64,000 nucleotides of DNA, taken from contig CAZPIN010000089.1 of the NCBI GenBank assembly GCA_964586735.1, positions 1,200 through 65,199 on the forward strand. The letters run 5' to 3'. The stretch is from an uncultured Rhodobacterales bacterium (GTDB lineage Bacteria; Pseudomonadota; Alphaproteobacteria; Rhodobacterales; CAZPXZ01). The translations under genes were made by a program, and so were the position numbers. The notes below the pieces were generated by a model. That model ran no database searches and had not been told where the DNA came from. It saw only the letters and a list, made by a program, of their open reading frames with translations. Below, piece after piece: positions 55,557 to 64,000 of this stretch (position 1 is the stretch's first letter; each line of letters begins with the position of its first letter).

Positions 55557-58500
55557 ATGTCCTTGTCACAACTCGACTCCCAGCTCGACATGAGAGTGCC
55601 CACCGCCCTTCCCGACGGCTTGGATGCCGTGCTTCTGCCAGTGCATCTCGACCAGGTCGGGCGAACCTACAGGGACGGCAACCACTTGGTGGTAGTGCTG
55701 GCCGATGGTAGGGAACTGCTTCTAGAAGGGTGGTTTGTCAGGCTGGAAGAAGGGAACGGGGTCGCGCTGCTGGTACGGGACGGAAATACCGGCGAAATCG
55801 TTGCGCTCACCATCTCCGAGACCGGCAAGTATGCGGGCGCGCAGCCCGTCGCGCTGGGTCGCCTGGAGGAGATGTTTGGCGCCGACGCTGACGCCATCGA
55901 GGAGGCCGTGCAGAAGGCCGGGGTCCATGCGCTTGTGGCAACCACCCCTGAACTCACCCAGGCGATAATAGTCGGAGGCGTAGTCTTGACCGCGTCCGTG
56001 GCCTTTATCACACAGTCCGAGCGTGAGACCGGTACGGGAGTGACTGTCACTACCGTTGACGATGACGAAGATGGCACCTTCGAGCAAATCATGTATGACA
56101 ACGACAGCGACGGCACCATAGACCGTACCGAGTACGACGACAACGATGACGGCTCCATCGACCGCACCGAGCACGACTCAGACGACAACGGTACGGCCGA
56201 TCGCACAGAGTACGATGCCAACAACAACGGCAATCCAGAAAGAATCGTGTACAACGCAGACGGGGCTGGCGTCAACGTACGAAGAGCGTTTGACACCGAC
56301 GACAACGGCTCCGTCGATCGCACTGAACACGACGCCGACGGCGATGGCACACCGGATCGAATTGTGCACAACGCAGACGCGGCGGGCATCAACGTACGCA
56401 CTGAGCATGACGCCGATGAAGACGGCACCTTCGAACGCACCGAGTACGACGCCGATGGCGACGGTGCGCCGGAGCGGATCGCGCATGACGCCGACGAGGA
56501 CGGTACTGCCGAACGCACCGAGTATGATACGAACGACAACGGTTCCATCGACCGTACCGAGCATGACGACAACGGCGACGGCACGCCGGAGCGGACTGTG
56601 CACAACGCAGACGCGGCTGGAGTCAACGTGCGAACTGAGCACGACACCAACAGCGACGGGACGCCAAACCGCACCGAGTACGACGCCGATGGCGACGGCA
56701 CCCCAGAGCGCACCGTTTACGACGACGATGACGATGGCATAGCCAACAGCACCGAGTACGACGACAATGACGACGGCACCGTCGAGCGCACCGAATACGA
56801 CGACGACGCAGACGGCACCCCAGACCGCACCGAGGATGGTCCCAGAAGTGTCGTTCTCAGAGGCCCGGAGCTCAGCACTGAGCAGGCCGAGGCGGCGCTG
56901 CTGGAAGCCGCCGGCACAAGCGTTGACGGGACGCAGGAGGCAGCGATTCGGGCGCTGGCTCGGGCGATAACGCCCCGCGGTCTCGACAGCGTGCATGCCG
57001 CCGAAATTGGCACCACGGGCGGATATGTGGAGTTCGACATCGACGGCGACGGTACCGCCGACCAGCGCTCCGAACTCGAGTGGGCGCAGGATTCGTACGT
57101 TCTGCGCACGGAGAGAGTGGACCTCGACTACGACGGAACGTTCGAAGCGGACCTCGTCAGGGAATGGTCGTCTTTCGACAGCGAGGGACGCCCAGCGGTG
57201 GAGACAGTCGACGAAAACGCCGACGGCAGCGCGAACCGCCATATGCAGCATGTCTATGACGATCAGGGACGCGTGGTAGAGACGAGGATATCGACCTATC
57301 AGGCTGCAGGCTTCGACGGAGCGGCGGTGGACCCCGAGTCCTTTGTCAGCGCAATGTTTCAGGTCGAGATTGACACCAACGGCGACGGTACGGCCGAGAC
57401 CTTCCAGGTGACGAATCCCAGAGGGAGCATCGCCGTGGCAGATGGCGTAATTGTGGTCAACCTGCAGGCGCGCGTTCCCAAATCAGATCCCCAAGGCAGC
57501 GCGTTCACGGAAAACCGGGGGCCGGACTATTCAGCCGTTGACACGGACGATCTGGAAAGCGTCGTGCTGGTGGACACCAACGACGATAGTACGCCGGACA
57601 GGGTCTATCCAGTCATACAGGCCATAGAGATCGATGGCACCAGCCACGCCCTGTATTATGACTTTAGGCGTGACAACGGGCTGGTCGGCGTACACAGGCA
57701 TCAGGAGCAAACCCTGCACATTGACACTGACGGAGATGACACTCCGGACAAAGTCTACACTGCCAGGAATGGCAGGATCGTGGTTGAAAATGTCTACACG
57801 GACAATGACGGTACGATTGTAACGGAAGAAGTGGAGTACACGCCGTTTAACGCCATAGACTATGACGGCACCGTGGTCAGGGTTTCCGAGTATTCCGGCG
57901 ACCTCGCCGTGGAGGGTGCGGTACTGACCTTTGTTGACGGAACCATGACCGCTGCGGCCATTGACGGCGCGGCAACGCAGGTTGCCAGCGGCACCATTGA
58001 AAGCATAGCCGTTGACGCCACTGCCGAGGAAATCGTGAAGTATGCATACGGGACCGCGGGCGGAAGCCAGGAAGCGGCCGACAGCGAGGACATGGCGGAG
58101 CATCTCATATCGACCAGCTACGACTACGACGCGGACGGTACCGCCGAGCGGGTCGACAGGTACGAGCGCAACGACCGGGGCCACATCATCAAGGTCGGGT
58201 ACGACTTAAACGGCGACGGCACGGCCGAGCGCAGCGAATCCTATCTCCTGCGGGATGACTGGATGCGGGGTACGGAAAACAATGTCGCCCGGGAATTCGT
58301 GAGCGCGCGGCGGGGCGATATCGACGCCCTGGACATTATTGATCAGTCCGAGCACCGGGAAGTTGCCGCGGCGCTGCAGCGCAACCTATTTTCGGGTGCG
58401 CAGATCGCCGCCATACAGTACGACGACAACGATGACGGGACAACGGATCGAGTCGAGCGCGTAAGCTATGACGACGCCGGCCGTCCAGCTGCAGTCCAGG

Positions 58501-61500
58501 TGGATCTCGGCTTTAACGGCACCGTGGACCGCACCGAAGCCTACGGCTACAACGACAAGAATCAGATTGTCAGCGCCCGGTTTCACGAGGGCGACAATAC
58601 GGACGATGCGCATTATCTCGAGCAGATCTACGCATATGACGAATATGGCCGCATGTACCGGATCGAGAGCCATACCAATGGCGACGGCACGGCGGAGGAA
58701 GTCCGCAGTTTCGAATTTGACGACCAGGGCCGTATCAGCGCGTACAGGCTGCAGTCCGGCCTTGAGATTCAGTCAGAGACTGACGGAGCTGGATTCACGC
58801 GGGTTGCCGTTTATGGCGTAGACCACACGGAGGAGTTCGAGCGCAACGAGCTTGGCCAGATCGTCAGATCCCAGACCCGCGTGGAGGACGCGGACCCCGA
58901 TGGATACAGGCCGTTCATCGAGTATGAGTGGGACGGTCAGGGACGGTTGGTAACGGAGCGCCACGACATATTTGATCTGTCACAGCTTGATATCCCGCTC
59001 CTCCCAGGCCTTCCTCCCCCACCGCCATCGCCGCAGGCTTTCGAGCTGGGTTTTGAATACGAATACAACGCCGCAGGGCAGGTCGCCAGACGCGTCGAAC
59101 TTGTGAGCGTGGACGGCACGCTTGAAGAAAAGGCGGCGACCAGATTCGAGTATGACGATCTTGGCAGGCTTTACCTGAAGACTGTCGAGGGGGAAGCCGA
59201 ATTCGGCAACGGCAGGCCGACCACCACCAGCTTCTATGCCAGCGGGAGCTACTTTGCCTTTCGGAAGTCGCTGGCCAGCGAAGTCGCGTACCTTGAGGAC
59301 TATCTGGGAGCCGACGTTGGAGGCGACCGTCTGTCGGACACCGCGGGAACCGACGGCAGCGCGGGCGCCGACGGTACGGCGGACGACTTGTGGGGAGTTG
59401 GCGACCGGTTCGCCGACGCGAACAGCGACGGGAGGCCAGACGACGTCTGGCACGACCGCGACGGCGACGGAACGGCAGACGATTTCTGGAGAGACAACGG
59501 CTACCTGCATAGTGATGGCTGGGTGGAATTCAGCGACAGATTCGCGGACGGCACGCCGGACGATTTCTGGTCCGATGTCAACGGCGACGGCAATTATGAC
59601 GATTTCCTGCCAAATCTTGTAACGTTCAATCCTGGCGACAGAATTGCGTACAACCACCGCGGGGTAACCATCATTCATCCCGGTGACGCGATTGTTGATA
59701 TTGGAGGTACCACTGATACGGGCATGATTGGATCTGACGACAGGCACGTCATCGACGAAAGCAATGTGATTGCGGTTGCCTCCGGCTTCGTGAGGGTCAC
59801 CGATTCCGATGGCATCCGTACGATTTACGGCGGCGGCACATCGTTTACCGTCGGCGAGGGCGACTGGCTCGCCATATCCAATGGCGCCAGATTTACCGTC
59901 GACGGCGGCAGCGACATAACCGTTTGGCAGGCGAGCTCGATGGTCATCAGGGCCGATGGCACAATTTCCGTCAATCCCGACGGAACCAATGACATCAGGC
60001 CAGACGGCGTTCCAGATGAAAATCCGGACGGCACTCCCGACATGTTCCCTGACGGCACGCCGGACATCAACCCCGACGGCACGCCGGATGACTTTCTTGG
60101 AGCATATGACCTGGACGGCAACGCGATCGGCGACGGCATTCCGGACCTGGTCCCCGGCGTATCCGATGGTACGGCAGATCCGGTTTCCGACGGAACGGTG
60201 GACGATTTCTTTGACGCTGACGGCACTCCGGGAGCGGACGGCACTCCCGATGACGCGGCTCCCGACGGAACCCCCGACCGCGGCTCCGACGGAACGCCAG
60301 AGAGGCTGGTGTTCAGCCATGCTGGGGACCTCACGGTCGACTCGGATTTTTTCGATCCGGCGCGGATCGCCGGCATCAGGGAGATCCATCTGGCGGGAGA
60401 ACGCCTGACGCACTCCATAGGCACAAGATTCGAGATCGCCGACGGGTTTCTGATCGACCTTGCGGAAGCCGGCTCCGCCGACGGTCCGGTGGAAATCGCC
60501 ATCCATGGCCACCGCGCATACTTTGACGCGGACGACGCCATCGCGTTCGAGGGAGATGGATTCCGGCGGGTCCGCTACGACCATGGCGGAAACAGCCTCT
60601 ATGTCGATTCGGACGGCAACAGGCTTCTCGTTGAGCGGGAAGACGTCGCAGTTTCGACGACGTTCACCAGAATGGTTCCGGAGCTTGTCGCGGCGGCCAC
60701 CAGCGGCGCGCTTACGGCGGCGCTTCTCAGAAGCGCAGGGATTGACGTCGCTGCCGAAACGGCCGTCAACAACGCCGAAAAGGTCATTGCCGCTTACGGC
60801 ACGGCCGTGGCAGACATCGATGACCCGGATGCGCGGAGCCTGCTTGAGCTCATCATGACGGACTCGCTGCCCGAGTATGTGAGGCCGTACGCCGCCCTTA
60901 CCGGCGCAAGATACGACGCTTCAGGAGAATTTCTGACGCTGTACATCAACGACGGCGGAGACGCCTCGGGGACGGCTGACCGGACCGCCAGGATCACCTA
61001 CGATGCCGACAGGGGCGGTCTTGCGGTATCGGCTGGATTCTTCCTTGGCGACGACGAGGATGGCGTTCAGCTCTATGGGGACTGGGTGGAAACCTATGCC
61101 TACAACCCCGACAGGAGCATGGTTACTACGATAGAGGCAGGCGGCGAGACTATTGGCCATCTGACATACAGCCTAGACGCTTTCGGCAACACCCTTAGCG
61201 ACGGCACTCCGGACGGTCTGGCGTTGCATGGCGACCTTGTGCTGGACGCGCACTTCGCGCAGATTCTCTCCGGCAACGGCATCAGCGTTATCGATATGGA
61301 CCGGCATATCCCCGAGCGCCCGTTCCAGGCTGCGGAAACTGGGGGGGTCTACACGGACGACGAGGGGACGGAGCAAACCTACGAGGGGCGCCCCGAGGTT
61401 TCCGCCCGGGACGAAGTTGAAGGAACCGCCGCGCATCTTCATCTCTCCGTCGAGTCGCTGGCCGTGCTGGCGGACGAAGACGGTGACGGTACGCCCGACC

Positions 61501-63173
61501 CCGACTACACGCTCGCCATTCATGGCGACCAGTCCGACACGCTGACTCTTTCGGGAGACTTTGTCAGGGCATGGGAGCTTGACAGCCTTCTGCCGTCGTT
61601 TGACGGCTTGAACGAGCGTTTCCACGCCTATCGAAGCGCGTCCGGCGTTGTTCTGGTGGATCCCAGCGTGTCAACCCGGATGGAAAGCCTTCTGGCCACC
61701 ATTTTTTCAAATGAGATAACGCTTCCTCCAGTCGGAGGGGGCGACGCCGTAACCCGCATTGACACCCCCGTTACCGACACCAATGGCGACGGTACGCCCG
61801 ACGCAGGAGACGGCACGGTCGACCGCTTCGAGTATGGCAGCGTAGCAGTGCAGATTGATGACGTAGTTGGCAGCAATCCGGTTCAGTTCAGAGCATACAC
61901 GGACGCCAACAATGATGGCGTATACGATATCTTTGGCCTCGACGGCACGCTCGATACGGACACCAACGGCGACGGCACGCTCAACGCCGATGTCTTTGGC
62001 TCCCGCGACGGCACGCTCGATACGGATACCAACGCCGACGGCACGCTCAACGGCGATCTCTTTTTCGGCGGCGACGGCACGCTTGATTCCGACACCAACG
62101 GCGACGGTACAAACAACGCCGATATCTTTGACCATCGCCCAGACGGTACGCTTGATACGGATACCAATGGCGACGGTGCGCTTGACGCCGACGTCTATGG
62201 CGGCGAAAGCGACGGCACGCTCGATACGGACACCAACGGCGACGGCACGCTCAACGCCGATGTCTTTGGCAGTGCCGATGTCTTTGGCAGTAGCGACGGC
62301 ACTTCGCGCGATGGCAACGATGGCATGCGGGACATAGATACCAACGGTGACGGCAGGCGCGACGTCGATCTCTTCATCGGCAAAATCGGCGACGGTACGC
62401 TCGATACGGATCTCAACCACGACGGTACGCTCGACTTCGACAATCAGGGTATCCCGGTACTCACGGATTGGATGTCTTCCAGATATCACTTTCAAGATGA
62501 GACGCCTGGTTCCGACGGCATAATTGACCGCGTGGAGCTGCGGCCTGCCCGCGTGGTACAACTGACCGACACCGACGGCGACGGCACCTTCGACCGCGTG
62601 ACCGAGGAAAGGGACACTGACCGGGACGGTACCTTCGACCGCATCGAGCACGCCGTTTACGACCAGGCGACGTTTGACGGCAACCTTGACGGTACGCTTG
62701 AAAGCGAATTCAGGGTCGTTTACCGGGAATACGACGACGACGCCAATGACGACCTTGACCGGGTGGTGTTCGAAAGCGGCCTTACCTATTCCCTGGACCT
62801 GACAGTGGCCAAGGCCGCTGACTGGGCGGGAGTCAATCGCATCACGCTGTCCCGCGGAGACACGGGCGAGACAACCCTCACGCTACCGCCGGACGCGTAT
62901 GTCGCAACCAGAGGGGATGTCCTCTCCGCTACCAGCGCTATGGCCTCAGAAAGGCGGCTGTGGATTGACGGCGATGAAAACGACACTGTCCAGATAGAGT
63001 TGGGGAGCGGCACGAACGAGTTCACGGCCGTAGACAACGACAATGACGGCACAGTGGATAACGTCAACGGCTATCACCGTTACTCCGCCACAATTGCCAA
63101 CAGCGGCGGAATGCAAATAGCCTATGACCTCAGGATTGACGCGGACATCACCGTCGTGGACATAACGCCCTAG
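55557..63173 (+). CDS. Polyacidic family member G (largest copy)
   Basis: 2538 aa. N cassette: VGRTYRDGNHLVVVLADGRELLLEGWF...ALGRLEEMFG. Helix: AIIVGGVVLTASVAFI. Several distinct repeat arrays are present, and two internal C-cassette-like copies lie at ~60373-60655 and ~61428-61683. Ends AYDLRIDADITVVDITP. Confidence 0.85.
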   Translation: MSLSQLDSQLDMRVPTALPDGLDAVLLPVHLDQVGRTYRDGNHLVVVLADGRELLLEGWFVRLEEGNGVALLVRDGNTGEIVALTISETGKYAGAQPVALGRLEEMFGADADAIEEAVQKAGVHALVATTPELTQAIIVGGVVLTASVAFITQSERETGTGVTVTTVDDDEDGTFEQIMYDNDSDGTIDRTEYDDNDDGSIDRTEHDSDDNGTADRTEYDANNNGNPERIVYNADGAGVNVRRAFDTDDNGSVDRTEHDADGDGTPDRIVHNADAAGINVRTEHDADEDGTFERTEYDADGDGAPERIAHDADEDGTAERTEYDTNDNGSIDRTEHDDNGDGTPERTVHNADAAGVNVRTEHDTNSDGTPNRTEYDADGDGTPERTVYDDDDDGIANSTEYDDNDDGTVERTEYDDDADGTPDRTEDGPRSVVLRGPELSTEQAEAALLEAAGTSVDGTQEAAIRALARAITPRGLDSVHAAEIGTTGGYVEFDIDGDGTADQRSELEWAQDSYVLRTERVDLDYDGTFEADLVREWSSFDSEGRPAVETVDENADGSANRHMQHVYDDQGRVVETRISTYQAAGFDGAAVDPESFVSAMFQVEIDTNGDGTAETFQVTNPRGSIAVADGVIVVNLQARVPKSDPQGSAFTENRGPDYSAVDTDDLESVVLVDTNDDSTPDRVYPVIQAIEIDGTSHALYYDFRRDNGLVGVHRHQEQTLHIDTDGDDTPDKVYTARNGRIVVENVYTDNDGTIVTEEVEYTPFNAIDYDGTVVRVSEYSGDLAVEGAVLTFVDGTMTAAAIDGAATQVASGTIESIAVDATAEEIVKYAYGTAGGSQEAADSEDMAEHLISTSYDYDADGTAERVDRYERNDRGHIIKVGYDLNGDGTAERSESYLLRDDWMRGTENNVAREFVSARRGDIDALDIIDQSEHREVAAALQRNLFSGAQIAAIQYDDNDDGTTDRVERVSYDDAGRPAAVQVDLGFNGTVDRTEAYGYNDKNQIVSARFHEGDNTDDAHYLEQIYAYDEYGRMYRIESHTNGDGTAEEVRSFEFDDQGRISAYRLQSGLEIQSETDGAGFTRVAVYGVDHTEEFERNELGQIVRSQTRVEDADPDGYRPFIEYEWDGQGRLVTERHDIFDLSQLDIPLLPGLPPPPPSPQAFELGFEYEYNAAGQVARRVELVSVDGTLEEKAATRFEYDDLGRLYLKTVEGEAEFGNGRPTTTSFYASGSYFAFRKSLASEVAYLEDYLGADVGGDRLSDTAGTDGSAGADGTADDLWGVGDRFADANSDGRPDDVWHDRDGDGTADDFWRDNGYLHSDGWVEFSDRFADGTPDDFWSDVNGDGNYDDFLPNLVTFNPGDRIAYNHRGVTIIHPGDAIVDIGGTTDTGMIGSDDRHVIDESNVIAVASGFVRVTDSDGIRTIYGGGTSFTVGEGDWLAISNGARFTVDGGSDITVWQASSMVIRADGTISVNPDGTNDIRPDGVPDENPDGTPDMFPDGTPDINPDGTPDDFLGAYDLDGNAIGDGIPDLVPGVSDGTADPVSDGTVDDFFDADGTPGADGTPDDAAPDGTPDRGSDGTPERLVFSHAGDLTVDSDFFDPARIAGIREIHLAGERLTHSIGTRFEIADGFLIDLAEAGSADGPVEIAIHGHRAYFDADDAIAFEGDGFRRVRYDHGGNSLYVDSDGNRLLVEREDVAVSTTFTRMVPELVAAATSGALTAALLRSAGIDVAAETAVNNAEKVIAAYGTAVADIDDPDARSLLELIMTDSLPEYVRPYAALTGARYDASGEFLTLYINDGGDASGTADRTARITYDADRGGLAVSAGFFLGDDEDGVQLYGDWVETYAYNPDRSMVTTIEAGGETIGHLTYSLDAFGNTLSDGTPDGLALHGDLVLDAHFAQILSGNGISVIDMDRHIPERPFQAAETGGVYTDDEGTEQTYEGRPEVSARDEVEGTAAHLHLSVESLAVLADEDGDGTPDPDYTLAIHGDQSDTLTLSGDFVRAWELDSLLPSFDGLNERFHAYRSASGVVLVDPSVSTRMESLLATIFSNEITLPPVGGGDAVTRIDTPVTDTNGDGTPDAGDGTVDRFEYGSVAVQIDDVVGSNPVQFRAYTDANNDGVYDIFGLDGTLDTDTNGDGTLNADVFGSRDGTLDTDTNADGTLNGDLFFGGDGTLDSDTNGDGTNNADIFDHRPDGTLDTDTNGDGALDADVYGGESDGTLDTDTNGDGTLNADVFGSADVFGSSDGTSRDGNDGMRDIDTNGDGRRDVDLFIGKIGDGTLDTDLNHDGTLDFDNQGIPVLTDWMSSRYHFQDETPGSDGIIDRVELRPARVVQLTDTDGDGTFDRVTEERDTDRDGTFDRIEHAVYDQATFDGNLDGTLESEFRVVYREYDDDANDDLDRVVFESGLTYSLDLTVAKAADWAGVNRITLSRGDTGETTLTLPPDAYVATRGDVLSATSAMASERRLWIDGDENDTVQIELGSGTNEFTAVDNDNDGTVDNVNGYHRYSATIANSGGMQIAYDLRIDADITVVDITP
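56050..56840 (+). repeat. Coding array of DxDxDG loops with 13-residue period in member G
   Basis: The unit [TE(Y/H)D(A/D)(D/N)(G/D)DGT(P/I)(E/D)R] is iterated ~20 times. It is interspersed with the variant ERIVHNADAAGVNVRTEHD, which is also present in F. Confidence 0.85.
59973..60305 (+). repeat. Pro/Asp 'PDGTPD' micro-repeat array in member G
   Basis: NPDGTNDIRPDGVPDENPDGTPDMFPDGTPDINPDGTPDDF...VSDGTADPVSDGTVDDFFDADGTPGADGTPDDAAPDGTPDRGSDGTPE, with units of 6-9 residues. Confidence 0.8.
61941..62294 (+). repeat. Five tandem 66-69-nt coding repeats plus a perfect 18-nt micro-duplication in member G
   Basis: Units start at 61941, 62007, 62073, 62142 and 62211 (DGTLDTDTNGDGTLNADVFGS...). The first 60 nt of units 1 and 5 are identical. 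GCCGATGTCTTTGGCAGT occurs twice in tandem (62256-62273 and 62274-62291). Confidence 0.9.
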
Positions 63174-64000
63174 CTGGTGTGAGCAATGCATAGGGGCATG
63201 CCGCCATATTGCCGAAATTGGCTCACTGGCGGTGTGCCTCTATATCATTCAGCTGCATGGCGGCTGGAGGCAGAAAGTTCAGACCGGTCGTTTTCGCTGC
63301 ATGCCCCTAAACGGAGTGAGGCATCGTCAGGCACGCTGTCGCACACAGGTCCACGGGCAGCCGCGCAAAAGCTGAAAGCGCATTTCAGATGCCGTAGCTA
63401 TCCGTCCTGAAGCGAACGTCTTCTTGTACCCGCCATACTGCCGCTTGCCATCCCCCAAGCATCGTTCCTGATTCAGTCGCGGACACGGAAACGTCGCGTT
63501 CTGCAGCCTGTGGCCACAGACGCCGAAAGTACAAGTCCCCACGCCAAGTACCCCCGCTTCCTGCTGCTAGCAATTTGCGAGAATACCGTGCTCTTGCATT
63601 AGGCAGCAGTTTAGGGCTTCGACAGCAGCCCTTGGCCATCTTCCCGGCTACCTGCGGAGCATTCCAGAGCTGATACCCGCCACTCGGCGTCCGCTCGACT
63701 GGGCTGCCCTCCAGCCCTGGCTCCTTTCCCCAGTCTCCCATGGCCGCTGCCGAGTTGTTTCGCCATGATCGCCTGACAAGCTATCTTCCTCGTAGACGCA
63801 GTGTCCGCTGCTTTTCGCTGCAGGACCGGTTCTGGTAGCCGCGAGACCGCCCAGCCGTACTTTGCTTGCGCAATTCGCGCAATAATCGCCCGACTGGCCC
63901 GTCAGATGCCCCTGCGTCATGGCGTCTCCGCTGACTAGCGCCACTGCGCACTTCCCGTTCGCTAGCCCTCAGGCTCGTGCCTGGCGATGCGCGACCAGTG

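Noticed and set aside
61941-62294. Possibility that the regular 66-69-nt repeats are a CRISPR array.
   Set aside because: The units are contiguous with no unique spacers, keep the reading frame of a 2538-codon ORF, and encode the DxDxDG motif. No cas genes are present in the window.
56-63173. Interpretation of the family as classical RTX toxins, or as biomineralisation (e.g. magnetosome- or carbonate-associated) proteins.
   Set aside because: No GGxGxDxUx nonapeptide arrays, acyltransferase gene or T1SS genes are present, so RTX-toxin labelling is unsupported. No biomineralisation marker genes occur in the window, so that idea is pure speculation from acidity alone.
63300-63950. Minus-strand fragments with Cys-containing text (TCTFGVCGHRLQNATFPCPRLNQERC; GDYCANCASKVRLGG) that could be a decayed IS605-type TnpB zinc finger or other mobile-element relic.
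   Set aside because: The Cys spacing does not fit CxxC...CxxC. The pieces lie in three different frames with no RuvC-like motifs, and the window ends at 64000. The evidence is too weak to call; a BLASTX would settle it.

Overview
This is a 64-kb GC-rich chromosomal segment that reads as alphaproteobacterial. It carries a GcrA cell-cycle regulator and the argF-argD, gcrA-phoR, pstSCAB-phoU-phoB and HAD-maoC-ribF blocks, and many genes are coupled by 4-nt start/stop overlaps. The dominant content is a dispersed seven-member paralogous family: six intact genes of 456-2538 codons plus one decayed copy, about 25 kb or roughly 40% of the window. The family encodes giant, extremely Asp-rich proteins. 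All copies share a BapA-prefix-like N-terminal cassette, a hypervariable DxDxDG-loop repeat core and a ~90-aa C-terminal cassette ending [YF]-[VI]-D-P-D-I-T-V. The six intact copies also carry one hydrophobic helix. Several copies also share a TTGACA-N16-TATGAT promoter, and the two largest downstream copies share a leader 16-mer at identical spacing. No type I secretion genes, protease or dedicated regulator is visible in the window. Other accessory content is as follows. (1) A CDP-deoxyhexose / two-methyltransferase / GT2-TPR glycan cluster sits next to family member A. (2) An AT-richer islet between phoR and pstS carries a BsuBI/PstI-type methyltransferase fused in frame to its endonuclease, interrupted by a single TAG. 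(3) A second AT-richer islet holds an Rpn-type PD-(D/E)XK nuclease, a decayed ankyrin gene and a lipoprotein. (4) GcrA has a ~300-aa Ala/Lys/Pro-rich linker. (5) A VOC/PhnB gene has been segmentally duplicated. (6) There is one tRNA-Leu(UAA). I saw no rRNA, CRISPR array, integrase or classical IS. All functional calls rest on motif reading of the supplied translations; no database search or computation was run, so novelty claims are unverified.
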